64,000 nucleotides of DNA from Eledone cirrhosa (Eukaryota). Below are positions 1 to 15,000 of the stretch, piece by piece; position 1 is the first letter of the stretch, and each line of letters starts with the position of its first letter. The position numbers and the translations under genes are program-made. The notes below the pieces were generated by a model. That model was not told the origin of the DNA. It saw nothing but the letters and a program-made list of their open reading frames with translations, and searched no databases. Where the stretch lies: assembly GCA_964016885.1 (NCBI GenBank), contig OZ024748.1, positions 40,610,001 through 40,674,000 on the forward strand, given 5' to 3'.

Positions 1-3000
1 GGTTCATCAGAGGTTACAGGACCCTATATTACTGGACTTCATCAGAGTTTACAGGTCCTTATATTACTGGACTTCATCAGGAGTCACAGGCCTTATATTA
101 CTGGACTTCATCAGGAGTTACAGGTCCCTATATTACTGGACTTCATCAGAGGTAACAGGATCTTATATTACTGGATATTATCAGAGGTTACAGGTCCTTA
201 TATTACTGGACTTCATCAGAGGTTACAGGTCGCTATATTACTAAACATTATCAGGAGTTACAGGTCCTTGTATTACTGGAATTCATCAGGAGATACAGGT
301 CCATATATTACTGGACTTCATCAGAGGTACAGGTCCCAATACTACTGGACTTCATCAGGAGTAACAGGTCCCTATATTACTGGACTTCATCAGAGGTTAC
401 AGGTCCTTATATTACTAGACTTCATCAGAGGTTACATGTCCCTATATTACTGGAGTTTATCAGGAGTTACAGGTCCTTATATTTCTGGACTTCATCAGAG
501 GTTACAGGTCCTTAAATTACTGGACTTCATCAGGACTTACAGGTCCTTATATTACTGGACTTCATCAGGAGATACAGGGCCCTATATTGCTGGACTTCAT
601 CAGAGGTTACAGGTCCTTATATTACTGGACTTCATCAGGCGTCACAGTTCCTTATTTTACTGGACTTCATCATAGTTTACAGTTCCTTATATTACCGGAC
701 TTCATCAGAGATTACAGGTCCCTATATTACTGGACTTCATCAGGAGTTACAGGCCCTTATGTTACTGGACTTCGTCAGAGGTTACAGGTCCTTATATTAC
801 TGGACTTCATCAGAGGTTACAGGTCCTTATATTACTGGACTTCATCAGAGGTTATAGGTACTTATATTACTGGACTTCATCAACAGTTACAGGTCCTTAT
901 ATTACTGTACTTCATCAGAGGTTATAGGTACTTATATTACTGGACTTCATCAACAGTTACAGGTCCTCATATTACTGGACTTCATCAATGGTTACAGGTC
1001 CTTATATTACTGGACTTCATCAGGAGTTACAGGTCCCTGTATTACTGGACTTCATCAGAGGTTACAGGTCCCTATATTACTGGACTTCCTCAGAGGTTAC
1101 AGGACCTTATATTACTGGACTTCATCAGGAGTTACAGTTCCCTATATTACTGGACTTCATCAATGGTTACAGGTCCTTATATTACTGGACTTCATCAGGA
1201 GTTACAGGTCCCTGTATTACTGGACTTCATCAGAGGTTACAGGTCCCTATATTACTGGACTTCCTCAGAGGTTACAGGACCTTATATTACTGGACTTCAT
1301 CAGGAGTTACAGGTCCCTATATTACTGGACTTCATCAGGAGTTACAGGTCCCTATATTACTGGACTTCATCAGAGGTTACAGGTCCTTATATTACTGGAC
1401 TTCATCAGGAGATAAAAGGTCCCTGTATTACTGGACTTCATCAGAGGTTACAGGTCCCTATATTACTGGACTTCATCAGAGGTTACAGGTCCTTATATTA
1501 CTGGACTTCATCAGGAGTTACAGGTCCCTATATTACTGGACTTCATCAGAGGTTACAGGTCCTTATATTACTGGACGTCATCAGAGGTTACAGGTCCTTT
1601 TATTACTGGACTTCATCAGAGGTTACAGGTCCCTATATTACTGGACTTCATCAGAGGTTACAGGTCCTTATATTACTGGTCTCATCAGGAGTTACAGGTC
1701 CCTATATTACTGGACTTCATCAGGAGTTACAGGTCCCTATATTAGTGGACTTCATCAGAGGTTACAGGTCCTTATATTACTGGACTTCATCAGAGGTTAC
1801 AGGTCCTTATATTACTGGACTTCATCAGAGATTACAGGTACTTATATTACTGGACTTCATCAGAGGTTACATGTCCTTATATTACTGCACTTCATCAGAG
1901 GTTACAGGTCCCTATATTACTGGACTGCATCAGATGTTACAGGTCCTTATATTACTGGACTTCATCAGAGGTTACATGTCCCTATATTACTAGACTTCAT
2001 CAAAGGTTACAGGTCCCTATATTACTGGACTTCATCAGAGGTTACAGGTCCTATATTACTGGACTTCATCAGAGCTTACAGGTCCTTATATTACTGGACA
2101 TCATCAGGAGTTACAGGTCCCTATATTACTGGACTTCATCAGAGGTTACAGGTCCCTATATTACTGGACTTCATCAGAGGTTACAGGTCCTTATATTACT
2201 GGACTTCATCAGAGATTACAGGTCCCTATATTACTAAACATCATCAGGAGTTACAGGTGCTTATATTACTGGACTTCATCAGGAGTCACAGGCCTCATAT
2301 TACTGTACTTCATCAGAGGTTACAGGTCCTTATATTACTAGACTTCATCAGAGGTTACATGTCCCTATATTACTGGAGTTTATCAGGAGTTACAGGTCCT
2401 TATATTTCTGGACTTCATCTGAGGTTACAGGTCCTTAAATTACTAGATTTCATCAGGATTTACAGGTCCTTATATTACTGGACTTCATCAGGAGATACAG
2501 GTCCCTATATTGCTGGACTTCATCAGAGGTTACAGGTCCTTATATTACTGGACTTCATCAGGCGTCACAGTTCCTTATTTTACTGGACTTCATCATAGCT
2601 TACAGTTCCTTATATTACCGGACTTCATCAGAGATTACAGGTCCCTATATTACTGGACTTCATCAGGAGTTACAGGCCCTTATGTTACTGGACTTCGTCA
2701 GAGGTTACAGGTCCTTATATTACTGGACTTCATCAGAGGTTACAGGTCCTTATATTACTGGACTTCATCAACAGTTACAGGTCCTTATATTACTGTACTT
2801 CATCAGAGGTTATAGGTACTTATATTACTGGACTTCATCAACAGTTACAGGTCCTCATATTACTGGACTTCATCAATGGTTACAGGTCCTTATATTACTG
2901 GACTTCATCAGGAGTTACAGGTCCCTGTATTACTGGACTTCATCAGAGGTTACAGGTCCCTATATTACTGGACTTCCTCAGAGGTTACAGGATCTTATAT

Positions 3001-6000
3001 TACTGGACTTCATCAGGAGTTACAGGTCCCTATATTACTGGACTTCATCAGGAGTTACAGGTCCCTATATTACTGGACTTCATCAGAGGTTACAGGTCCT
3101 TATATTACTGGACTTCATCAGGAGTTACAGGTCCCTGTATTACTGGACTTCATCAGAGGTTACAGGTCCCTATATTACTGGACTTCATCAGAGGTTACAG
3201 GTCCTTATATTACTGGACGTCATCAGAGGTTACAGGTCCTTATATTACTGGAGTTCATCAGAGGTTACAGGTCCCTATATTACTGGACTTCATCAGAGGT
3301 TACAGGTCCTTATACTACTGGTCTCATCAGGAGTTACAGGTCCCTATATTACTGGACTTCATCAGGAGTTACAGGTCCCTATATTAGTGGACTTCATCAG
3401 AGGTTACATGTCCTTATATTACTGGACTTCATCAGAGGTTACAGGTCCTTATATTACTGGAATTCATCAGAGATTACAGGTACTTATATTACTGGACATC
3501 ATCAGGAGTTACAGGTCCATATATTACTGGACTTCATCAGAGGTACAGGTCCCTATACTACTGGACTTCATCAGGAGTTACAGGTCCCTATATTACTGGA
3601 CTTCATCAGAGGTTACAGGTCCTTATATTACTAGACTTCATCAGAGGTTACATGTCCCTATATTACTGGAGTTTATCAGGAGTTACAGGTCCTTATATTT
3701 CTTGACTTCATCTGAGGTTACAGGTCCTTAAATTACTAGATTTCATCAGGATTTACAGGTCCTTATATTACTGGACTTCATCAGGAGATACAGGTCCCTA
3801 TATTGCTGGACTTCATCAGAGGTTACAGGTCCTTATATTACTGGACTTCATTAGGCGTCACAGTTCCTTATTTTACTGGACTTCATCATAGCTTACAGTT
3901 CCTTATATTACCGGACTTCATCAGAGATTACAGGTCCCTATATTACTGGACTTCATCAGGAGTTACAGGCCCTTATGTTACTGGACTTCGTCAGAGGTTA
4001 CAGGTCCTTATATTACTGGACTTCATCAGAGGTTACAGGTCCTTATATTACTGGACTTCATCAGAGGTTATAGGTACTTATATTACTGGACTTCATCAAC
4101 AGTTACAGGTCCTTATATTACTGTACTTCATCAGAGGTTATAGGTACTTATATTACTGGACTTCATCAACAGTTACAGGTCCTCATATTACTGGACTTCA
4201 TCAATGGTTACAGGTCCTTATATTACTGGACTTCATCAGGAGTTACAGGTCCCTGTATTACTGGACTTCATCAGAGGTTACAGGTCCCTATATTACTGGA
4301 CTTCCTCAGAGGTTACAGGATCTTATATTACTGGACTTCATCAGGAGTTACAGGTCCCTATATTACTGGACTTCATCAGGAGTTACAGGTCCCTATATTA
4401 CTGGACTTCATCAGAGGTTACAGGTCCTTATATTACTGGACTTCATCAGGAGTTACAGGTCCCTGTATTACTGGACTTCATCAGAGGTTACAGGTCCCTA
4501 TATTACAGGACTTCATCAGAGGTTACAGGTCCTTATATTACTGGACTTCATCAGGAGTTACAGGTCCCTATATTACTGGACTTCATCAGAGGTTACAGGT
4601 CCTTATATTACTGGACGTCATCAGAGGTTACAGGTCCTTATATTACTGGACTTCATCAGAGGTTACAGGTCCCTATATTACTGGACTTCATCAGAGGTTA
4701 CAGGTCCTTATATTACTGGTCTCATCAGGAGTTACAGGTCCCTATATTACTGGACTTCATCAGGAGTTACAGGTCCCTATATTAGTGGACTTCATCAGAG
4801 GTTACATGTCCTTATATTACTGGACTTCATCAGAGGTTACAGGTCCTTATATTACTGGACTTCATCAGAGATTACAGGTACTTATATTACTGGACTTCAT
4901 CAGAGGTTACAGGTCCTTATATTACTGCACTTCATCAGAGGTTACAGGTCCCTATATTACTGGACTGCATCAGATGTTACAGGTCCTTATATTACTGGAC
5001 TTCATCAGAGGTTACATGTCCCTATATTACTAGACTTCATCAAAGGTTACAGGTCCCTATATTACTGGACTTCATCAGAGCTTACAGGTCCTTATATTAC
5101 TGGACATCATCAGGAGTTACAGGTCCCTATATTACTGGACTTCATCAGAGGTTACAGGTCCCTATATTACTCGACTTCATCAGAGGTTACAGGTCCTTAT
5201 ATTACTGGACTTCATCAGAGGTTACAGGTCCCTATATTACTAAACATCATCAGGAGTTACAGGTGCTTATATTACTGGACTTCATCAGGAGTCACAGGCC
5301 TCATATTACTGTACTTCATCAGAGGTTACAGGTCCATATATTACTGGACTTCATCAGAGGTACAGGTCCCTATACTACTGGACTTCATCAGGCGTTACAG
5401 GTCCTTATTTTACTGGAATTCATCAGAGGTTACAGGTCCTTATATTACTGGACTTCATCAGAGATTACAGGTCCCTATATTACTGGACTTCATCAGATGT
5501 TACAGGTCCTTATATTACTGGACCTCATCGGAGGTTACAGTTCCCTATATTACTGTAGTTCATCAGGAGTTACAGGTCCCTATATTACTGGACTTCATCA
5601 GAGGTTACAGGTCCTTATATTACTGGACTTCATCAGAGGTTACAGGTCCTTATATTACTGGACTTCATCAGAGGTTACAGGTCCTTATATTACTGGACCT
5701 CGTCAGGAGTTACAGGTACTTATATTACTGGACTTCATCAGGAGTTACAGGTCCTTATGTTACTGGATTTTATCAGGAGTTACAGGTCCCTATATTACTG
5801 GACTTCATCAGAGGTTACAGGTCTTTATATTACTGGACTTCATCAGAGGTTACAAGTCCCTATATTACTGGACTTCATCAGGAGTTACAGGTCCCTATAT
5901 TACTGGACTTCCACAGAGGTTACATGTCCCTATATTACTGGACTTCATCAGGAGATTCAGGTCCCTATATTGCTGGACTTCATCAGAGGTTACAGGTCCT

Positions 6001-9000
6001 TATATTACTGGACTTCATCAGAGGTTACAGGTCCTTATATTACTGGACTTCATCAGCAGTTACAGGTCCTTATATTACTGGACTTCATCAGGAGTTACAG
6101 GTCCCTATATTACTGGACTTCATCAGAGGTTACAGGCCTCTATATTACTGGATTTCATCAGAGGTTACAGGTCCTTATATTACTGGACTTCATCAGAGGT
6201 TACAGGTCCCTATATTACTGGACTTCTTCAGAGCTTACAGGTCCCTATATTACTGGACTTCATCAGAGGTTACAGGTCCCTATATTACTAAACAACATCA
6301 GGAGTTACAGGTCCTTATATTACTGGACTTCATCAGAGGTTACAGGTCCTTATATTACTGTACTTCATCAGGGGTTACAGGTCCTTATATTACTGGACTT
6401 CATCAGGCGTTACAGGTCCTTATTTTACTGGAATTCATCAGAGGTTACAGGTCCTTATATTACTGGACTTCATCAGAGATTACAGGTCCCTATATTACAG
6501 GATTTCATCAGGAGTTACAGGCCCTTATATTACTGGGTTCATCAGAGGTTACAGGACCCTATATTACTAGACTTCATCAGAGGTTCCAGGTCCTTATATT
6601 ACTGGACTTCATCAGAGTTTACAGGTCCTTATATTACTGGACTTCATCAGGAGTCACAGGCCTTATATTACTGGACTTCATCAGGAGTTACAGGTCTCTA
6701 TATTACTGGACTTCATCAGAGGTAACAGGTTCTTATATTACTGGATATTATCAGAGGTTACAGGTCCTTATATTACTGGACTTCATCAGAGGTTACAGCT
6801 CGCTATATTACTAAACATCATCAGGAGTCCTTGTATTACTGGAATTCATCAGGAGATACAGGTCCATATATTACTGGACTTCATCAGAGGTACAGGTCCC
6901 TATACTACTGGACTTCATCAGGAGTTACAGGTCCCTATATGACTGGACTTCATCAGAGGTTACAGGTCCTTATATTACTAGACTTCATCAGAGGTTACAT
7001 GTCCCTATATTACTGGAATTTATCAGGAGTTACAGGTCCTTATATTTCTGGACTTCATCAGAGGTTACAGGTCCTTAAATTACTGGATTTCATCAGGACT
7101 TACAGGTCCTTATATTACTGGACTTCATCAGGAGTTACAGGTCTCTGTATTACTGGACTTCATCAGAGGTTACAGGTCCCTATATTACTGGACTTCCTCA
7201 GAGGTTACAGGACCTTATATTACTGGACTTCATCAGGAGTTACAGGTCCCTATATTACTGGACTTCATCAGGAGTTACAGGTCCATATATTACTGGACTT
7301 CATCAGAGGTTACAGGTCCTCATATTACTGGACTTCATCAGAGGTTACAGGTCCTTATATTACTGTACTTCATCAGAGGTTATAGGTACTTATATTACTG
7401 GACTTCATCAACAGTTACAGGTCCTCATATTACTGGACTTCATCAATGGTTACAGGTCCTTATATTACTGGACTTCATCAGGAGTTACAGGTCCCTGTAT
7501 TACTGGACTTCATCAGAGGTTACAGGTCCCTATATTACTGGACTTCCTCAGAGGTTACAGGACCTTATATTACTGGACTTCATCAGGAGTTACAGTTCCC
7601 TATATTACTGGACTTCATCAATGGTTACAGGTCCTTATATTACTGGACTTCATCAGGAGTTACAGGTCCCTGTATTACTGGACTTCATCAGAGGTTACAG
7701 GTCCCTATATTACTGGACTTCCTCAGAGGTTACAGGACCTTATATTACTGGACTTCATCAGGAGTTACAGGTCCCTATATTACTGGACTTCATCAGGAGT
7801 TACAGGTCCCTATATTACTGGACTTCATCAGAGGTTACAGGTCCTTATATTACTGGACTTCATCAGGAGTTACAGGTCCCTGTATTACTGGACTTCATCA
7901 GAGGTTACAGGTCCCTATATTACTGGACTTCATCAGAGGTTACAGGTCCTTATATTACTGGACTTCATCAGGAGTTACAGGTCCCTATATTACTGGACTT
8001 CATCAGGAGTTACAGGTCCCTATATTACTGGACTTCATCAGAGGTTACAGGTCCTTATATTACTGGTCTCATCAGGAGTTACAGGTCCCTATATTACTGG
8101 ACTTCATCAGGAGTTACAGGTCCCTATATTAGTGGACTTCATCAGAGGTTACAGGTCCTTATATTACTGGACTTCATCAGAGGTTACAGGTCCTTATATT
8201 ACTGGACTTCATCAGAGATTACAGGTACTTATATTACTGGACTTCATCAGAGGTTACAGGTCCTTATATTACTGCACTTCATCAGAGGTTACAGGTCCCT
8301 ATATTACTGGACTGCATCAGATGTTACAGGTCCTTATATTACTGGACTTCATCAGAGGTTACATGTCCCTATATTACTAGACTTCATCAAAGGTTACAGG
8401 TCCCTATATTACTGGACTTCATCAGAGGTTACAGGTCCTATATTACTGGACTTCATCAGAGCTTACAGGTCCTTATATTACTGGACATCATCAGGAGTTA
8501 CAGGTCCCTATATTACTGGACTTCATCAGAGGTTACAGGTCCCTATATTACTGGACTTCATCAGAGGTTACAGGTCCTTATATTACTGGACTTCATCAGA
8601 GATTACAGGTCCCTATATTACTAAACATCATCAGGAGTTACAGGTGCTTATATTACTGGACTTCATCAGGAGTCACAGGCCTCATATTACTGTACTTCAT
8701 CAGAGGTTACAGGTCCTTATATTACTAGACTTCATCAGAGGTTACATGTCCCTATATTACTGGAGTTTATCAGGAGTTACAGGTCCTTATATTTCTGGAC
8801 TTCATCTGAGGTTACAGGTCCTTAAATTACTAGATTTCATCAGGATTTACAGGTCCTTATATTACTGGACTTCATCAGGAGATACAGGTCCCTATATTGC
8901 TGGACTTCATCAGAGGTTACAGGTCCTTATATTACTGGACTTCATCAGGCGTCACAGTTCCTTATTTTACTGGACTTCATCATAGCTTACAGTTCCTTAT

Positions 9001-12000
9001 ATTACCGGACTTCATCAGAGATTACAGGTCCCTATATTACTGGACTTCATCAGGAGTTACAGGCCCTTATGTTACTGGACTTCGTCAGAGGTTACAGGTC
9101 CTTATATTACTGGACTTCATCAACAGTTACAGGTCCTTATATTACTGTACTTCATCAGAGGTTATAGATACTTATATTACTGGACTTCATCAACAGTTAC
9201 AGGTCCTCATATTACTGGACTTCATCAATGGTTACAGGTCCTTATATTACTGGACTTCATCAGGAGTTACAGGTCCCTGTATTACTGGACTTCATCAGAG
9301 GTTACAGGTCCCTATATTACTGGACTTCCTCAGAGGTTACAGGATCTTATATTACTGGACTTCATCAGGAGTTACAGGTCCCTATATTACTGGACTTCAT
9401 CAGGAGTTACAGGTCCCTATATTACTGGACTTCATCAGAGGTTACAGGTCCTTATATTACTGGACTTCATCAGGAGTTACAGGTCCCTGTATTACTGGAC
9501 TTCATCAGAGGTTACAGGTCCCTATATTACTGGACTTCATCAGAGGTTACAGGTCCTTATATTACTGGACTTCATCAGGAGTTACAGGTCCCTATATTAC
9601 TGGACTTCATCAGAGGTTACAGGTCCTTATATTACTGGACGTCATCAGAGGTTACAGGTCCTTATATTACTGGACTTCATCAGAGGTTACAGGTCCCTAT
9701 ATTACTGGACTTCATCAGAGGTTACAGGTCCTTATACTACTGGTCTCATCAGGAGTTACAGGTCCCTATATTACTGGACTTCATCAGGAGTTACAGGTCC
9801 CTATATTAGTGGACTTCATCAGAGGTTACATGTCCTTATATTACTGGACTTCATCAGAGGTTACAGGTCCTTATATTACTGGACTTCATCAGAGATTACA
9901 GGTACTTATATTACTGGACATCATCAGGAGTTACAGGTCCATATATTACTGGACTTCATCAGAGGTACAGGTCCCTATACTACTGGACTTCATCAGGAGT
10001 TACAGGTCCCTATATTACTGGACTTCATCAGAGGTTACAGGTCCTTATATTACTAGACTTCATCAGAGGTTACATGTCCCTATATTACTGGAGTTTATCA
10101 GGAGTTACAGGTCCTTATATTTCTGGACTTCATCTGAGGTTACAGGTCCTTAAATTACTAGATTTCATCAGGATTTACAGGTCCTTATATTACTGGACTT
10201 CATCAGGAGATACAGGTCCCTATATTGCTGGACTTCATCAGAGGTTACAGGTCCTTATATTACTGGACTTCATCAGGCGTCACAGTTCCTTATTTTACTG
10301 GACTTCATCATAGCTTACAGTTCCTTATATTACCGGACTTCATCAGAGATTACAGGTCCCTATATTACTGGACTTCATCAGGAGTTACAGGCCCTTATGT
10401 TACTGGACTTCGTCAGAGGTTACAGGTCCTTATATTACTGGACTTCATCAGAGGTTACAGGTCCTTATATTACTGGACTTCATCAGAGGTTATAGGTACT
10501 TATATTACTGGACTTCATCAACAGTTACAGGTCCTTATATTACTGTACTTCATCAGAGGTTATAGGTACTTATATTACTGGACTTCATCAACAGTTACAG
10601 GTCCTCATATTACTGGACTTCATCAATGGTTACAGGTCCTTATATTACTGGACTTCATCAGGAGTTACAGGTACCTGTATTACTGGACTTCATCAGAGGT
10701 TACAGGTCCCTATATTACTGGACTTCCTCAGAGGTTACAGGATCTTATATTACTGGACTTCATCAGGAGTTACAGGTCCCTATATTACTGGACTTCATCA
10801 GGAGTTACAGGTCCCTATATTACTGGACTTCATCAGAGGTTACAGGTCCTTATATTACTGGACTTCATCAGGAGTTACAGGTCCCTGTATTACTGGACTT
10901 CATCAGAGGTTACAGGTCCCTATATTACAGGACTTCATCAGAGGTTACAGGTCCTTATATTACTGGACTTCATCAGGAGTTACAGGTCCCTATATTACTG
11001 GACTTCATCAGAGGTTACAGGTCCTTATATTACTGGACGTCATCAGAGGTTACAGGTCCTTATATTACTGGACTTCATCAGAGGTTACAGGTCCCTATAT
11101 TACTGGACTTCATCAGAGGTTACAGGTCCTTATATTACTGGTCTCATCAGGAGTTACAGGTCCCTATATTACTGGACTTCATCAGGAGTTACAGGTCCCT
11201 ATATTAGTGGACTTCATCAGAGGTTACAGGTCCTTATATTACTGGACTTCATCAGAGATTACAGGTACTTATATTACTGGACTTCATCAGAGGTTACAGG
11301 TCCTTATATTACTGCACTTCATCAGAGGTTACAGGTCCCTATATTACTGGACTGCATCAGATGTTACAGGTCCTTATATTACTGGACTTCATCAGAGGTT
11401 ACATGTCCCTATATTACTAGACTTCATCAAAGGTTACAGGTCCCTATATTACTGGACTTCATCAGAGGTTACAGGTCCTATATTACTGGACTTCATCAGA
11501 GCTTACAGGTCCTTATATTACTGGACATCATCAGGAGTTACAGGTCCCTATATTACTGGACTTCATCAGAGGTTACAGGTCCCTATATTACTGGACTTCA
11601 TCAGAGGTTACAGGTCCTTATATTACTGGACTTCATCAGAGATTACAGGTCCCTATATTACTAAACATCATCAGGAGTTACAGGTGCTTATATTACTGGA
11701 CTTCATCAGGAGTCACAGGCCTCATATTACTGTACTTCATCAGAGGTTACAGGTCCTTATATTACTAGACTTCATCAGAGGTTACATGTCCCTATATTAC
11801 TGGAGTTTATCAGGAGTTACAGGTCCTTATATTTCTGGACTTCATCTGAGGTTACAGGTCCTTAAATTACTAGATTTCATCAGGATTTACAGGTCCTTAT
11901 ATTACTGGACTTCATCAGGAGATACAGGTCCCTATATTGCTGGACTTCATCAGAGGTTACAGGTCCTTATATTACTGGACTTCATCAGGCGTCACAGTTC

Positions 12001-15000
12001 CTTATTTTACTGGACTTCATCATAGCTTACAGTTCCTTATATTACCGGACTTCATCAGAGATTACAGGTCCCTATATTACTGGACTTCATCAGGAGTTAC
12101 AGGCCCTTATGTTACTGGACTTCGTCAGAGGTTACAGGTCCTTATATTACTGGACTTCATCAACAGTTACAGGTCCTTATATTACTGTACTTCATCAGAG
12201 GTTATAGATACTTATATTACTGGACTTCATCAACAGTTACAGGTCCTCATATTACTGGACTTCATCAATGGTTACAGGTCCTTATATTACTGGACTTCAT
12301 CAGGAGTTACAGGTCCCTGTATTACTGGACTTCATCAGAGGTTACAGGTCCCTATATTACTGGACTTCCTCAGAGGTTACAGGATCTTATATTACTGGAC
12401 TTCATCAGGAGTTACAGGTCCCTATATTACTGGACTTCATCAGGAGTTACAGGTCCCTATATTACTGGACTTCATCAGAGGTTACAGGTCCTTATATTAC
12501 TGGACTTCATCAGGAGTTACAGGTCCCTGTATTACTGGACTTCATCAGAGGTTACAGGTCCCTATATTACTGGACTTCATCAGAGGTTACAGGTCCTTAT
12601 ATTACTGGACTTCATCAGGAGTTACAGGTCCCTATATTACTGGACTTCATCAGAGGTTACAGGTCCTTATATTACTGGACGTCATCAGAGGTTACAGGTC
12701 CTTATATTACTGGACTTCATCAGAGGTTACAGGTCCCTATATTACTGGACTTCATCAGAGGTTACAGGTCCTTATACTACTGGTCTCATCAGGAGTTACA
12801 GGTCCCTATATTACTGGACTTCATCAGGAGTTACAGGTCCCTATATTAGTGGACTTCATCAGAGGTTACATGTCCTTATATTACTGGACTTCATCAGAGG
12901 TTACAGGTCCTTATATTACTGGACTTCATCAGAGATTACAGGTACTTATATTACTGGACATCATCAGGAGTTACAGGTCCATATATTACTGGACTTCATC
13001 AGAGGTACAGGTCCCTATACTACTGGACTTCATCAGGAGTTACAGGTCCCTATATTACTGGACTTCATCAGAGGTTACAGGTCCTTATATTACTAGACTT
13101 CATCAGAGGTTACATGTCCCTATATTACTGGAGTTTATCAGGAGTTACAGGTCCTTATATTTCTGGACTTCATCTGAGGTTACAGGTCCTTAAATTACTA
13201 GATTTCATCAGGATTTACAGGTCCTTATATTACTGGACTTCATCAGGAGATACAGGTCCCTATATTGCTGGACTTCATCAGAGGTTACAGGTCCTTATAT
13301 TACTGGACTTCATCAGGCGTCACAGTTCCTTATTTTACTGGACTTCATCATAGCTTACAGTTCCTTATATTACCGGACTTCATCAGAGATTACAGGTCCC
13401 TATATTACTGGACTTCATCAGGAGTTACAGGCCCTTATGTTACTGGACTTCGTCAGAGGTTACAGGTCCTTATATTACTGGACTTCATCAGAGGTTACAG
13501 GTCCTTATATTACTGGACTTCATCAGAGGTTATAGGTACTTATATTACTGGACTTCATCAACAGTTACAGGTCCTTATATTACTGTACTTCATCAGAGGT
13601 TATAGGTACTTATATTACTGGACTTCATCAACAGTTACAGGTCCTCATATTACTGGACTTCATCAATGGTTACAGGTCCTTATATTACTGGACTTCATCA
13701 GGAGTTACAGGTCCCTGTATTACTGGACTTCATCAGAGGTTACAGGTCCCTATATTACTGGACTTCCTCAGAGGTTACAGGATCTTATATTACTGGACTT
13801 CATCAGGAGTTACAGGTCCCTATATTACTGGACTTCATCAGGAGTTACAGGTCCCTATATTACTGGACTTCATCAGAGGTTACAGGTCCTTATATTACTG
13901 GACTTCATCAGGAGTTACAGGTCCCTGTATTACTGGACTTCATCAGAGGTTACAGGTCCCTATATTACAGGACTTCATCAGAGGTTACAGGTCCTTATAT
14001 TACTGGACTTCATCAGGAGTTACAGGTCCCTATATTACTGGACTTCATCAGAGGTTACAGGTCCTTATATTACTGGACGTCATCAGAGGTTACAGGTCCT
14101 TATATTACTGGACTTCATCAGAGGTTACAGGTCCCTATATTACTGGACTTCATCAGAGGTTACAGGTCCTTATATTACTGGTCTCATCAGGAGTTACAGG
14201 TCCCTATATTACTGGACTTCATCAGGAGTTACAGGTCCCTATATTAGTGGACTTCATCAGAGGTTACATGTCCTTATATTACTGGACTTCATCAGAGGTT
14301 ACAGGTCCTTATATTACTGGACTTCATCAGAGATTACAGGTACTTATATTACTGGACTTCATCAGAGGTTACAGGTCCTTATATTACTGCACTTCATCAG
14401 AGGTTACAGGTCCCTATATTACTGGACTGCATCAGATGTTACAGGTCCTTATATTACTGGACTTCATCAGAGGTTACATGTCCCTATATTACTAGACTTC
14501 ATCAAAGGTTACAGGTCCCTATATTACTGGACTTCATCAGAGCTTACAGGTCCTTATATTACTGGACATCATCAGGAGTTACAGGTCCCTATATTACTGG
14601 ACTTCATCAGAGGTTACAGGTCCCTATATTACTCGACTTCATCAGAGGTTACAGGTCCTTATATTACTGGACTTCATCAGAGGTTACAGGTCCCTATATT
14701 ACTAAACATCATCAGGAGTTACAGGTGCTTATATTACTGGACTTCATCAGGAGTCACAGGCCTCATATTACTGTACTTCATCAGAGGTTACAGGTCCTTA
14801 TATTACTGGACTTCATCAGAGATTACAGGTCCCTATATTACTGGACTTCATCAGAGGTTACAGGTCCTTATATTACTGGACCTCATCGGAGGTTACAGTT
14901 CCCTATATTACTGTAGTTCATCAGGAGTTACAGGTCCCTATATTACTGGACTTCATCAGAGGTTACAGGTCCTTATATTACTGGACTTCATCAGAGGTTA